From assembly GCA_951406725.2 (NCBI GenBank), contig OX597816.1, forward strand, positions 170,438,001-170,502,000: a stretch of 64,000 bases of DNA, written 5' to 3'. Source of the stretch: Octopus vulgaris. Taxonomy: Eukaryota. The stretch's first letter is position 1; every line of letters begins with the position of its first letter. Shown here in pieces: positions 27,949 through 41,364 of this stretch. The notes below the pieces were generated by a model that had not been told where the DNA came from, searched no databases, and worked only from the letters and a program-made list of their open reading frames with translations. Position numbers and translations under genes: made by a program.

Positions 27949-28493
27949 GAGTGAGCGAGCAGAGCATGCGATCAAAGTGACACTGGGGTAAAATATACGA
28001 AGCCCAGTATATCCATCATGACTACCCGTCTGATAAGGGTACACCAGGCACATGCATCACAACCATATGTGCGCGACATGGTGATCTCATATCAAGATAA
28101 ACAGCACATGACCTTGCAGGTGGAGCCCAGTTAGAAATTTCTTCAGATCGAGTAACCCATCCCGCTCAAAAGGTCCATGAATAAGGGTTGTTTAAGGACG
28201 TTGAACGAAACACCCATGTTTCCAGAGGTGAATTATTCAAACCCCAAAGAATCCTTCTCAACACATGGCTATGATGCTCCCCCACTACTTCTGCTCGTGA
28301 TCAGAGATGCACATATCATCAGCCACTAAGGGACATGCTCAACTGGTTAAGGTCAAACAACTGACAAGCAAATCTGTGGCATTGAGCAGAATATTTGCTG
28401 TAGCCCATCTTTTATACCAAGACAAAACAATGTACATGATAACACTTCCAATCAGTTAAGATCAGAAGCCATGAGAGCCACTGCCTGGTACTG

Positions 28494-28496
<3 letters not shown>
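27949..28496 (-). mobile_element. Element D, copy 3 (tandem with copy 2)
   Basis: Separated from copy 2 by about five TTA units. Lacks the terminal CAGGGCAT. Confidence 0.9.
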
Positions 28497-28587
<91 letters not shown>

Positions 28588-31320
28588 TAAGTCGTCGCAC
28601 AGTGTCCAATATTATGTTGTTGTTAATTAAAGATATCGTGTCTACCCGGTGTCTTTACTGCCTGTCAAGTCAGAACGAAGACCTCAAACAGACATTACTT
28701 TACGCAATGTGCGTTCCAAGTAATACCAGTTTTTGCAATAATCTAGATTGTAGGGTATTGAAATATTTTTTCAGGTTCAGTGGTTCTGAACCCAATACTA
28801 CGAGGACAATAGGTACAACCTTTATATTTGATTCTCGTAGCTGCCAGATCTTAACGATCTTAATTCTCAGGTCTCTACATTTATCAATCTTTTCTATTTC
28901 TTTCATGATAATATGTTGATCTCCTGGCACTGTCACGTCAATTATTAGGCATTCTTGTTTCTCCCTCCTAAAGGGTAATATATCCAGCCTTCGGTGCTCT
29001 AACATCGTTGTCTGGAAGTCAACGTCCCCGAGAACTTTTCCTACTCCTTTTCGTCCATTACCTTTTCTCTGTGTATGTTGGTGCCAAGCCCCCGTAATCT
29101 CATTGCTTTTCATCTATATCACATTTTAGTTCCTTCTTGAAGTTTAGAGTCACAACACTTTCTTCAACACGTGCTGTTCCGCGTATCGCTGCCAACTGAC
29201 TTTTTCCATTGAAGCTTAATATTTTCAGCTTTCTTGCGAGAACATTGCTTTAATCTGAAGTGAACCGATCATATTAGGTAACACACATTTCATGCTTTAT
29301 GGATGCATTTCACTCCAGTGCTAGGTCTGTATCCTTTTAAAGTTTCTTCTGCTCTATCTTCACAATATTCTTGTCTGCAGATGAAGGTTCATTCTTTAGA
29401 CTCCTATAGGAGTGTGATATAGGAGTGTGATATCTGGTCGGTTACGTTGCAGCTTCTTATCTGTATAGATTGGCGTATTTCATATGAGATTTACCAGTTT
29501 ATTCTCGACTACTGGTAAAGATTAGTGCTCGTATCACTTTTTAAGGCATACTTCCTGCTCAAATCCCATTGTATTCCCACTGTGACTTTGTCAAGACATT
29601 TTTGTACTCCGTTAGGGTCAGTTTTGAGCATATGCTAACTATTTCAGATGGTTTTTCACAGTCTACTAAAAGGTGTTTCTGTTGTTTTATCATTGCTGTA
29701 CATGGTTGAGTTGGTTCGTAAAGCTTGTTATAGAGCAGCAAGGACAAAACCGTCGATCTGCTTTAAAGGTCCGTGTCTTAACTATTGCCATGATTTTGCA
29801 ACAGTTTCATTCAATGTTTGTTGGAAAAACACTGCGCGTAGGACCTTCTCTCTCCAGTTGTCGATCCTGTCTTCATTACGTTTTCATTTCGGACTCCTGA
29901 AGTATCTCATCATTTCACTCATAAAAACTTCTCATTCAATGCGGTCTGCAACATTCTTTCACTGCTATCTCTAAGCGAGTCATGCAAAGACTTAGTCTCC
30001 TTTGCAACATTATTCTCCACTCCAAGCAAACCTCTCCCACCTCTCTTTCTAGATAGGTAAAGTTTTGCTACGATACTTCTAATATGAACGCATCCATGCA
30101 TGGACATTATCTTCGTAGATTTTTCCTTCCCATGTTGATCAGTTCCTCCATTGGCTATTCTACGAACACCGCGCATACCACCCACATACCCCGCATTTAG
30201 GCCAAGTGTTGATGATTTTGATCAGATTTCCTGCGTACAGCTTGAATCTACATAGCTTTTTCATTCCAGTGAAATATTCAGAAATAAATAAATTCCTTCT
30301 TGGTCTTTATCATTTGGCCTAATCGAAAATAGCAAGATACCTGTAAAATTCTCCGTTGACTTCTCTTGGGCGCTCATCACTTGGAAGTCCTACTCTACAA
30401 CTATATACTTTTTACCCTCTCCTCACTTCAACAGCGCATTTATCTAGACCAAATGCCATGTGGATATCAAGTGAGAAATTTTGTACAGCCTGAATAAGGG
30501 AGTCTTCTATATTCGTAAAGCTTCAAATCGTCTAATGAACAACATATTGTTAATTGGTCTTATATTGTTTTGTAGTCTCTAACCAGCTCTCATTCTATTC
30601 GATATGGATAGTGGTAACATGTTCCTAATAAACAGCAGAGTGAAACGAAATTTCTTTGATAAATTGCCCATTTGATGTTGACTTGTCCTATTTCCCTTCC
30701 ACCTGCTGTCAAAATTGTTTTCCAGTTAACCATTCTGCTTCTGATTGAATATATATTTTAAGCCTTGAACATCTCCAGGCAGTTTAGAATCCTCGAGTGA
30801 GGAAATATATGATACGTCACCTTATAATCAATCCAAGCAATAATCAATCAAGCAAATGATAAGCTTGTCCACCTCTTCCGATAGTTCCTCAAACATGCCT
30901 TATCTATCACTAATCCTTTGTTGGGATCCCTTCCGGCAGTCCTTTGGTACATCTGCTAGCAATCCCTTTCTTTTAAGGTGGCCATACATTTTCCAGTTAT
31001 TCCTTTAGAAGCTTCCATACCATAAGTAAGCAAGCAATCGGAAAGCAGTTGCTAACTTTGGCACCGTTGCCTTGGTCCTTGTGAATCAACGCCGTATTTC
31101 CTTTGACCGGCCACTCTGGTTCAACTTCTTAGCATTTACAGCCATGCAGGAACCCTCTTGTAGATTAGGACACAAATTTGTCAATCCCTTCAACCAAAAA
31201 TCCTGAACTAAATCAGAACCTGCTGCATTTAAATTTCTCGTTTCATCAACTCCAACTTGTATATCATCCAAAGTGATGCAAATGTCCTCTTCTGCCTCCT
31301 GTCGCTGGGTTGCATTTTGA
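28588..31320 (-). mobile_element. Older R4/Dong-type LINE, decayed
   Basis: RLE (HRRLDIL..CLIIDVTVPGD..EKIDKCRDL), KLYLSRKRGGRGL, AAGSDLVQDFWLK. 3' end runs into (TAA)n at 28497-28587. Confidence 0.85.
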
Positions 31321-32176
31321 TTATTTTACTGTTCTAACATGTAATTAAGTAGACCAGAACTATAGGGGGTTATTGATCCATATTTGATATTAATTTTAAA
31401 AGAAAGAAGAGATTTTCAAGGAAAAATAATGTTCGGAAAGACTGTCATCGCTCCCGACAACTAAGAGGCAGGCAGGATTTGGTTTTGGCGAGATAATTGT
31501 TGTTCGCAGTTAATACACAGAGCTCATAGTAGACACTAACAACAGTAGCACCAACAACAGTAGCACCAACAACAGTATCAAACACACTAACCGGGACAGC
31601 ATCAGGAGCAATCTTATGTCGACCAAAATGTTCCATAGAATCACTAGCGTCGGAAGAAATGACGCTAAGCACCTTTCTCTGACGTGCTAACGATTCCAAT
31701 AGCTCGTCGCCTCCATAAATGTTTCTGATTTGGATACAATCAATTTCAAGGCGACCCCAGTGTTTAATTGGTGCTTTATTATGTCGTTTGCCATGGTTTT
31801 ATGTTTCTGTTCACTATTTAAATATCGAATATCAATTAACTTTTTAAGGTTTTTGATATTTTACAGAACATACGACGGAGAAGAGTTCCTTTGTTAAAGT
31901 GAATAGGAATAATTGATATGTAAATAACTTCTGTGATGTTGAAATGTATGAATATTAATATCCACATTCCATTTTTTTTTCTTTATTAGAAGACGGAAGT
32001 TACTTTGCCTAAGATAAGCGTCAAGTCATCTGAGATTTTTCAAGTATACACTTCTAAATTTCACCCTTAGTAGACATTCCCCCTTGTGTTCCTAACACTT
32101 CTAATACAGTTATTATAGTACATCACACAGACACCGACCCACATACATACATATATATATACATATATATATACAC

Positions 32177-32218
<42 letters not shown>

Positions 32219-32221
<3 letters not shown>

Positions 32222-32508
32222 GAGGTGCAATGGCCCAGTGGTTAGGGCAGCGGACTCGCGATCGTAGGATCGCTGTTTCGATTCCCAGACCGGGCGTTGT
32301 GTGTGTTTATTGAGCGAAAACACCTAAAAGCTCCACGACGCTCCGGCAGGGGTTGGTGATCCCTGCTGTACTCTTTCACCACTCTTTCTCTCACTGTTTC
32401 GTATGTTGGCCTGCTCGCTTAGCCAGCGGGGTGGCGTCATTCGAAGGCTAAAACAATGCGAACGCATTGTGACCAGCGATGTGTAGCAACATTTGATGGC
32501 CTGGTCGG
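32219..32508 (+). mobile_element. tRNA-derived SINE family C, tail type 1
   Basis: A-box TGGCCCAGTGG, B-box GTTTCGATTCC. Tail shared with 63715. Confidence 0.9.
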
Positions 32509-33283
32509 AAAAAAGAAAAGATACATATATATATATATATATAAAATAAGAAAATGGAGGAATAGATTCCTTTCAATCATCAACTTACAGATAATACCAA
32601 TTCATATAATTTATTAACTAATTAAATAGGAACATCCAAATCCAACAGAATAAAACAATATACATCAATAAGTAAGATAATACCTTAAAAATATTACACA
32701 TAAAATGGATCTTACAGCTGTTTCAGCCTTGGCAGTATATTGGATAAATGATATCTCATAGTGGGTTACACTCATAACCCCTATCTCATTTTGTACGTAT
32801 ATATATATATGCAAGCGTGTTAGTATGTATATGTGTGTGTTAGTATATATATATATATCAAGCAAATATATAAGTTTCTCATTTTCTCGACACATCTTAT
32901 GTCTCTAAGCAGAATGAGCGTATTTCAATGTGGTAATCTCTTTTCTAAAATTCTATGAAATTTACATAAACTTTGGAACACCATGTACACCTTTGTTTTC
33001 TTGTATTTATTACGAAATAAAATATTAATATTGCACTTTTTTCTCCTCTCTTCCACTTTTCCCACTCCATCTCTACCGACACATTCCTTTTCCTCTTCTC
33101 TTTTGTTTTTTGTTTTTTCATGCAGTTTGCGGTTGCTGCTGTTGCTGTTGCTTTTGCTGTTGAGCGAATGGTCTTCGTCCCAGAGCTCGCAAGATGGGAG
33201 AAGTCCGAAACGTGTTTCTTTGCTATTCGTAAGACCCGCAGAAGAGAAAGCAGGCCAACCCCCGACACCGGGAGCATCGACGG

Positions 33284-33414
33284 ATGGATGAATGCGCATC
33301 CAGGCTCAGCGGTTGCGTAGGAAGTCAGGGATGCCGTTGCTGCTTTCCTGCGAATGCGACCATCATCTCCACCCCATTCAACCAACAAATGTTAGAATTC
33401 ATACGTATATGTGG
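33284..33414 (+). CDS. Candidate first coding segment of an unidentified host gene (exon 33126-33414)
   Basis: Long pyrimidine tract plus TGCAG acceptor ending at 33125. ATG at 33284 is open to a GG|GTGAGT donor at 33415 (MDECASRLSGCVGSQGCRCCFPANATIISTPFNQQMLEFIRIC). Non-repetitive and GC-richer than its flanks. No homology recognised. Confidence 0.4.
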
Positions 33415-34526
33415 GTGAGTTTCTGTGATTATAAATTATTGTAGTTATTCCCGGATGTTTGTTTTTCTCCTCTTTTACTAACAGCACCTAATCACTGTTT
33501 TTGCTTATCACTACGTCCAGTAACACTCTTCCTCTTTCATTGAAAGCATGATGGATTTCTAACGAAATTTGCTCCGAGAATTATATATAGATAAGATTAT
33601 GTAATTGAAAACATTTACAAGAAATTAAATCTTTCTTCAAATTTGTATTTCATTTGTTTATACGTATGTAGTTAAGTATTTTGTGGTTGTAAAGTATAAT
33701 TTGTAGTTCATCACACCGTTTACTCATTTATGAAATACATAAATTCTTCATAACTACAGTTCTTCACTCTAATAAAATCAAATCTGTATGGTTAAGGCTT
33801 TTGACAACATAATTAAGGGGAAGAATAATGATTTTATGATTGGTTTTTCTTTTCTCAGAACAATATAAAATAAATAAAAATTGTCATAATCACTGGATGT
33901 ATAGCAGTAGACATTTATAGAAATATTTTCATATTATAATGATTATGAATTACAAGTTGAATTCTGTTATTTTTGACTTTTGTTTTTGTTCATCTGCATC
34001 AAAGAATTTTTATAGGAGTAATCTCAAAGAATTAGCAATATAACCAGATATGTTCAACTACTAGTGTAAAGAGACAAATTGTTGTTGATAATAAACACTG
34101 ATATTAAACATATATTTATATTATTATTCTAATGTGAACCAAGCGAAGCAATAAGCATTCATCTCGTAATTTTGAACATATGCGAATATAGAACATTATA
34201 TTGGTTCTAACAATTCAAACAACCCAATCGATAAACACGTACTGTTGCTTAACCTTATCAATCATTAAAGATGAAAGAGAAATCAGATGAAATGTTAGCG
34301 TGAAACAGAGCACGTCTACTATATTTGTATTACCACAACATAGGTATGTGTGCACAGGTCAGTACTTACAGCTGACCTATTTGAACTGAGCTAAAATAAA
34401 TTAGAAACTCATAAAATGTGTCAGAGGTGTTTTATAAATCGAGATGTTTCAAAGGAAACATATTCGTTTCAATTCAGCGATCTACTCCGACTGTGACACG
34501 AGGAGGCCAAAGTGATGCATGATATT

Positions 34527-34738
34527 CTTTTCAACTTTTGGCACAAGGCCAGCAATTCCGAAGTGGAGGATTACATCGACCCCAGTGCTTAACTGATACT
34601 TATTTTATCGATCCTAAATTGATGGAAAGCAAATTCGACCACGGGGGAATTTCAACTCAGAACGTAAAGTCGAACGAAATGCTGTTAAGCATTTTGTCCG
34701 CTATTCGAACAATTCTGCTCCTCGCCGCCTTACAAACC
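34527..34738 (-). mobile_element. SINE family A, older monomer, with 12-bp TSD
   Basis: ATGCATGATATT at 34515-34526 and 34739-34750. Diverged family A body. Confidence 0.82.
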
Positions 34739-34822
34739 ATGCATGATATTAACTCCTGTGATTTCGAGCCAGCACTTGGCCTTGTAAACGATATACAAGA
34801 AATAGTATAAAAAAATGTCTTC

Positions 34823-35228
34823 GGTTGTGTGGTAAGTAGCTTGTCTACCAACCGCATGGTTCCGGGTTCAGTCCCACTGCGTGGCACCTTGGGTAAGTGT
34901 CTTCTACTATAGCCTCGGGCCGACCAAAGCCTTGTGAGTGGATTTGGTAGACGGAAACTGAAAGAAGCCCGTCGTATATATGTATATATATATGTATTCG
35001 TGTGTGTGTTTGTGTGTCTGTGTTTGTCCCCTAGCATTGCTTGACAACCGATGCTGGTGTGTTTATGTCCCTGTCACTTAGCGGTTCGGCAAAAGAGACC
35101 GATAGAATAAGTACTGGGCTTACAAAAGAATAAGTCCCGGGGTCGAGTTGCTCGGTTAAAGGCGGTGCTCCAGCATGGCCGCAGTCAAATGACTGAAACA
35201 AGTAAAAGAGTAAAAGAGAAAAGAGTAA
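34823..35228 (+). mobile_element. SINE family B
   Basis: Reverse-complement match to 10865-11285. Confidence 0.92.
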
Positions 35229-35673
35229 ATAACACTCACCCATCTTAATAACACGGCAATTTATTAGGTAAGCCGCAGTAAATTCGATTTGAAAGATCGA
35301 TCGTGTGCTCATCAATCGAAAGTCTTTGTTTATAGATCTATTCAATGGAGGCTGATTTGGAGCAGAATAATGACAACAGTAATATACATACTCATAGCTT
35401 TTGTGAAAATATATTTCTTCTATCTGATACATCAAAGTGTCTAGAGAATCGGATTTATTTAACTCTAATCCAGTAATATAAAAAAAATATGAATGTTTAT
35501 TCGCTTATCTTGGAACAGCGTCGATATTTCTCAATCAATTTTATCACATGTAGCACAGGCGTCCAGATGCTTTCAGAAATAAGCTATTACAACAAAAATG
35601 AGTCCGGCACCCTCAATGAAATAACGCAAATATGAGTTAAGAATGAAATAGAAAAGACACTAACAGTTTGAAT

Positions 35674-35759
<86 letters not shown>

Positions 35760-35814
35760 GGTGGTGGTGGTGGTGGTGGTGGTTGTTGTTGTTGTTGTGG
35801 TGGTGGTGGTGGTG

Positions 35815-35858
<44 letters not shown>
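35674..35858. repeat. Compound (GTA)n(GTG)n(GTT)n(GTG)n(GTA)n microsatellite
   Basis: Seen directly. Confidence 0.97.
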
Positions 35859-35859
<1 letters not shown>

Positions 35860-35993
35860 AGGGAAAGATGTAGATGTAGTTGAGAAGAGAGAAGTGTTAA
35901 AGAGGTGCAGAAAAAACATTTCTACTTCAGCTTCTTTTAATCTCTTCAACTTCCCGTTCCACTGAAGTTTTCACGCATTCCTTTTTTACCCTG

Positions 35994-36043
<50 letters not shown>

Positions 36044-36055
36044 ATGTATAACTGA

Positions 36056-36460
36056 TAATCTTTTCTACGCTAGGCAGAAGGCCCGAAATTTGGGGGGGCG
36101 AGGGAAGCAGTCGATTAGATCGACCCCTGTACGCAGCTGGTACTTAATTTATCAACCACGAAAGAATGAAAGGCAAAGTCGACATCGGCGGAATTCGAAC
36201 TCAGCACGTAAAGACAGACGAAATACCTATTTCTTTACTACCCACAATGGGCAAAACACAGAGAAGACAAACAAGGACAGACAAGCGGATTAATTCGATT
36301 ATATCGACCCCAGTGCGTAACTGGTACTTAATTTATCGACCCCGAAAGGATGAAAGGTAAAGTCGACCTCGGCGGAATTTGAACTCAGAACGTAGCGGCA
36401 GACGAAATACCGCTGAGCATTTCGCCCGGTGTACTAACGTTTCTGCCAGTTCGCCGCCTT
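36056..36460 (-). mobile_element. SINE family A, full dimer, with 14-bp TSD
   Basis: AGATGTATAACTGA at 36042-36055 and 36461-36474. Two core units. Confidence 0.94.
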
Positions 36461-37111
36461 AGATGTATAACTGAATATTGACTAATCACTGCTTATATAA
36501 AAGGATATGTCGTAATTAATTTTGCAAAATTCTTCGTGGTTAAAGCAGTTACAAATATTTGGTCAGAACAAAACGTACAAAAAAATGATATTCCAATTAA
36601 TATATATGATTTGCAAAGGCAAAAAGCGTAAGCTAAAAACAATAAAAGCAAAGTGGCTGAGCCGAAACAAATAAAGATATCAGAAGAGAAAAGGAAATGG
36701 AAAAACAAAAGGAAGAAGAAGAAAACATATTAAAAGAAAGAACGAAAGAAAGAATGAATAAATGAATGAATGAACGGGGATAGGAAAAAGAAAGACAGAG
36801 ATGAAGAGGTATAGGAAGAAAGAGAAAGGCAGAAGAGACGAGAAACATCACAGTTAAAATTACATTAGTATGCTGTGAGAGATGTGCTATTAACAGAGAA
36901 TATGTTGGTTAGAAAAAGGAAAGATGAATGTATGAGACATAAAACAGACGAGAAAAAAATGGACGAATCTGCAGTTGAACAATACACTATATGTAAAAGA
37001 GAAATACGTAAAACTAGAATAGAAGTGGCAACCATTTTGATGTGGGAAGAACACACTGAATTAACTGCCACCTGACAATCTTACAACTCATAAATGCTTG
37101 TAACTTAATTC

Positions 37112-37330
37112 CTTTATCTTTTGTTTGTTTCAGTCATTAAACTGCGGCCATACTGCAGCACCGCCTTGGAGAATTTTTAGCGGAACGAATCTATACCAGT
37201 ACTTATTTTTTTACGTCTGATATTATTCATCTCTTTTACCGAACGGCTAAATTTACGGGGACATAAACTCACCAACACCGGTTGTCAAGTGGTAGTGGAG
37301 GACAAACACAAAGACAAAGACACAGAGAGA
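37112..37330 (-). mobile_element. Diverged SINE B-related 3' fragment
   Basis: TTGTTTCAGTCATT..ACTGCGGCCAT..CACCGCCTT and ACGGGGACATAAAC..GGTTGTCAAG motifs. Confidence 0.7.
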
Positions 37331-38039
37331 CACACACACACACACATAGTCACACACACACATACGCACATATGCACGTGCATACACACATATATATATA
37401 TACGCACACACACATATGTATATAATTGAAAACCAATCTGACATATATCACTTCTCTCGTTTCAGACATAAAATATTAATAGAGCTTATATTTTTGTTTT
37501 GATATTCCCCAAATTACTGCTGTAGTTTCATGAATATATTGCGGGCAAGTGAATTCTATCCCTACCATATAGATAATGACACTACACTATCATAATATTA
37601 GACATGAATATTATACTACATATCAATGTCTAACATATTCTCTTCATAGTTTACTATTTCACTCTGAAATACCATTGAACATAAACATAAAGAGAATTAC
37701 TAAATACTACTTAAATCATAATAACTTTAGTCTCATGTATAATATTATGTGAAAAGCAGCTTCTAAATTCATCGAAAGCCGAATATATAATAGCCATTAT
37801 ACATTACCTCAAACACTTTTTATATTATTTATTTTGCTTAGAGCTTAAATCAAATGTCAAATTGTTAGACCTTTACTAGATTATATTGATAGTTTAATTT
37901 CTCATCTGAATAAGCAATAGCGTTTCTTGACATTATTTTCCTTCAATAAACAGGAAATAATGGGAATAAAGCATTATATGCGTATGTGTGTGTTTGTGTG
38001 CGGTGGCTTGCATATGCGCACGCACACACACACACACAA

Positions 38040-38102
<63 letters not shown>

Positions 38103-38857
38103 CATACACACACACATTCAAAAGCGCATCATTTCTAGTGAACGAGTATTACAGATGGTTGATTTTGATTGCAGAATAATCTTATAAGTGTTCGAAAGAC
38201 AATCTTATAATATGTTTATGATGACCTAGTTTAGCAAAGAACATCAGATTGATTGCTTTTGTGGAAATTGTTTAGGCTCTTTATGCCCCGAATTCATATC
38301 CCACCAACAGTAACTAGCATTTCATTCGTTTGGATTCAATAAATTAAGTACTTTTACTAAAGTTTAAACTCTTGATTCTTACGTCTGTCTGAATTTCTTT
38401 CTTAAAGTCGCATTTCAGAAAGAATACGCTTTTACTTAAGGGTGTTCTTACATGACGACAGAAAACCAAAATTATTTTACCACCATCGAAATGTGGATAC
38501 TGATGGTTACGTGATACATACTGATAAACATGACTCAAGCGAGACGGAATTGTCTACGGGAAGCACTAATGATGAAATCTCGTGTTTTACATACACCTCC
38601 CAAACTGCAAATCCTCTTAGCAATTCTATTGAACAATTACCCAACTCATGTTTGAACAAATAAAGTGATTGTTATAGCTGATTAAAGTGAGGAATATCTA
38701 TGGTTGCCATTAGTGAATTGACATCAATTGACGAACTGAAAAAAATCTTTCCCAAAATTTTACTTTACAACTCCAATTAAAATTGCTTTCAATGCTTCTA
38801 TACACTTATATGCGTGTATGAGCGTATGTCTGTCTGTATGGATGGATGTTTGTATTC

Positions 38858-39274
38858 TACTCTTTATGCTCTTTTACTTGTTTCAGTCATTTGACTGGAG
38901 CCATGCTGGAGCACCGCCTTTAGTCGAGCAAATCGACCCCGGGACTTATTCTTTTGTAAACCCAGTACTTATTCTATCGGTCTCTTTTTGCAGAAACGCT
39001 AAGTGACGGGAGCGTAAACACACCAGCATCGGTTGTCAAGCAATGCTAGTGAGACAAACACAGACACACAAACACACACACACACATGCATATATATATA
39101 TACATATATACGACAGGCTTCTTTCAGTTTCCGTCTACCAAATCCACTCACAAGGCATTGGTCGGCCCGGGGCTATAGCAGAAGACACTTGCCCAAGATG
39201 CCACGCCGTGGGACTGAACCCGGAACCATGTGGTTGGTTAGCAAGCTACTTACCACACAGCCACTCCTGCGCCT
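38858..39274 (-). mobile_element. SINE family B
   Basis: Colinear with 10865-11285. Confidence 0.92.
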
Positions 39275-39612
39275 ATTCTCTTTCTCTTTGTAATTTACAG
39301 TAAATTTTGACCGGACACCAACTTGGTATCAAAGTTGTGAAGGAAGATATCTTGATTTAACCTTCATCCTTTAAATCTTTATAGTCATAGATGACGTGAT
39401 CCTTTCTAGCACATGAACTAAGTATGTGCATTCCCTCCTCAAAATTATAAGTTCGGCCTCCCTTTGCTCCAGATGACTTGACATGCATCATGTTGCTCCA
39501 ATTATAAGGGATATGAAGCTGAAAGTGTATATTGGCTAAGTATGTATGTATGTATGTATGTATGTTTGTATGTATTATGTATGTCTGCATACATGTATGT
39601 ATGTATGTATGC

Positions 39613-39996
39613 GTGGAGGCGCAATGGCCCAGTGGTTAGGGCAGCAGATTCGTGGTCGTAGGATCGCGGTTTCGATTCCCAGACCGGGCGTTGTGAGTGT
39701 TTATTGAGAGAAAACACCTAAAAAGCCCCACGAGGCTCCGGCAGGGATGGTGGTGATCCCTGCTGTACTCTTTCACCACAATTTTCTCTCACTCTTACTT
39801 CCTGTTTCTGTTGTACCTGTATTTCAAAGGGCCGGCCTTGTCACTCTCTGTGTCACGCTGAATATCCCCGAGAACTACGTTAAGGGTACACGTGTCTGTG
39901 GAGTGCTCAGCCATTTACATGTTAATTTCATGAGCAGGCTGTTCCGTTGATCGGATCAACCGGAACCCTCGTCGTCGTAACCGAGGAGTGCTTCCA
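39613..39996 (+). mobile_element. SINE family C, tail type 2
   Basis: Same head as 32219. 3' half shared with 43087. Confidence 0.92.
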
Positions 39997-40989
39997 TGTA
40001 TGTATGCGTGTGTGCGTGAGCGCGCGCGCGCGTATCTGACTGCCTCTGTGTATGTCCGTGTAGGTCTGTATCTGTGCACTTGTCTTTTTGAATATTCACA
40101 AAAGCCATTTTACTCCAGGTGATTGTTCTGCATTGATGAAGATAGATTACTGTTTACCACACGTCTCTGTCTTTATCGTTTTTGATTTGAAGCATCAGCA
40201 AATATTTACACGATAATGAGATATTTTACTCATTATTCCGGTCGCCAAATGAAAGTCAAAACCTGGTGGAGCCGTTGATTAAATAAATATGGTTAAGCAA
40301 ACTAGCTCCACCGAATATGACTGCGAAAATGAACAAAATTCCTCCAGAAGACTATACAATATTTCTCAACAACCTGGAATCAAAGGGTGAGAGTACCTCA
40401 CTAATTCATTATGAAGAAAAATTCGTTAATTATTTTTCAAAGAGACTTGAGTGCTCCATATTTCTACAATGAACAAAATGTCAAAACGGAAATTATGTCA
40501 CACTAGTTTGAAGTAACAATACTGAATGGTGATATTTTTATCCCAAGAATCTCAATCATTTTAAGTTACACCCATAGAAAAGTCTGCAGTTTTCCCCTCT
40601 GTGTACGGTTTTCTACATCCATCAACAAATGTGAGTATGGGGAGGGGTTAATTTAAAGTTTACTCGATTACAACTGAAGGTCGTCTGCTTTCTCCAATGC
40701 GAACTGCACATCCCTGCGTCACGTGACGGGTCAAGAAACCTCCTTTATGTATTTGTTCCATTAGCGAATACCAACATTTTTTTTTCTGTTTATAAACACT
40801 TTATATAACGAAAGTATATTACTATGTGATGTGCATTAACCGTGGAGACTATTCTCCGACTATTTATATTGTGTGATACCGGAGCATGCACATCTATCTA
40901 TGTGTGTGTGTGTGAGTGTGTGAGCGTGTGAGTGTGAACGTGTGTGTGTAGATAGATTGATATATAAATCGATATAATTAGCTATTTAT

Positions 40990-41212
<223 letters not shown>

Positions 41213-41364
41213 CTTACATATATGCATATAGATACGGAAAAATAGATTGATAAATACAATTGAGTGAGCAAACAAAAATATGAGACACTGCCTTGAAGAA
41301 CTTTTGGTCGAATGAATCGACCGCAGTGCTTTTTTATACTTTGATAAGCCTGGTATTTATTCTA

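Noticed and set aside
32219-32290. tRNA-like sequence, also at the other SINE heads
   Set aside because: It continues into SINE bodies and has no proper acceptor stem. These are SINE heads, not tRNA genes.
32925-33388. Minus-strand ORFs of 124 and 147 aa
   Set aside because: They start at non-ATG codons and run through the complement of a pyrimidine tract. Splice signals favour the plus strand.
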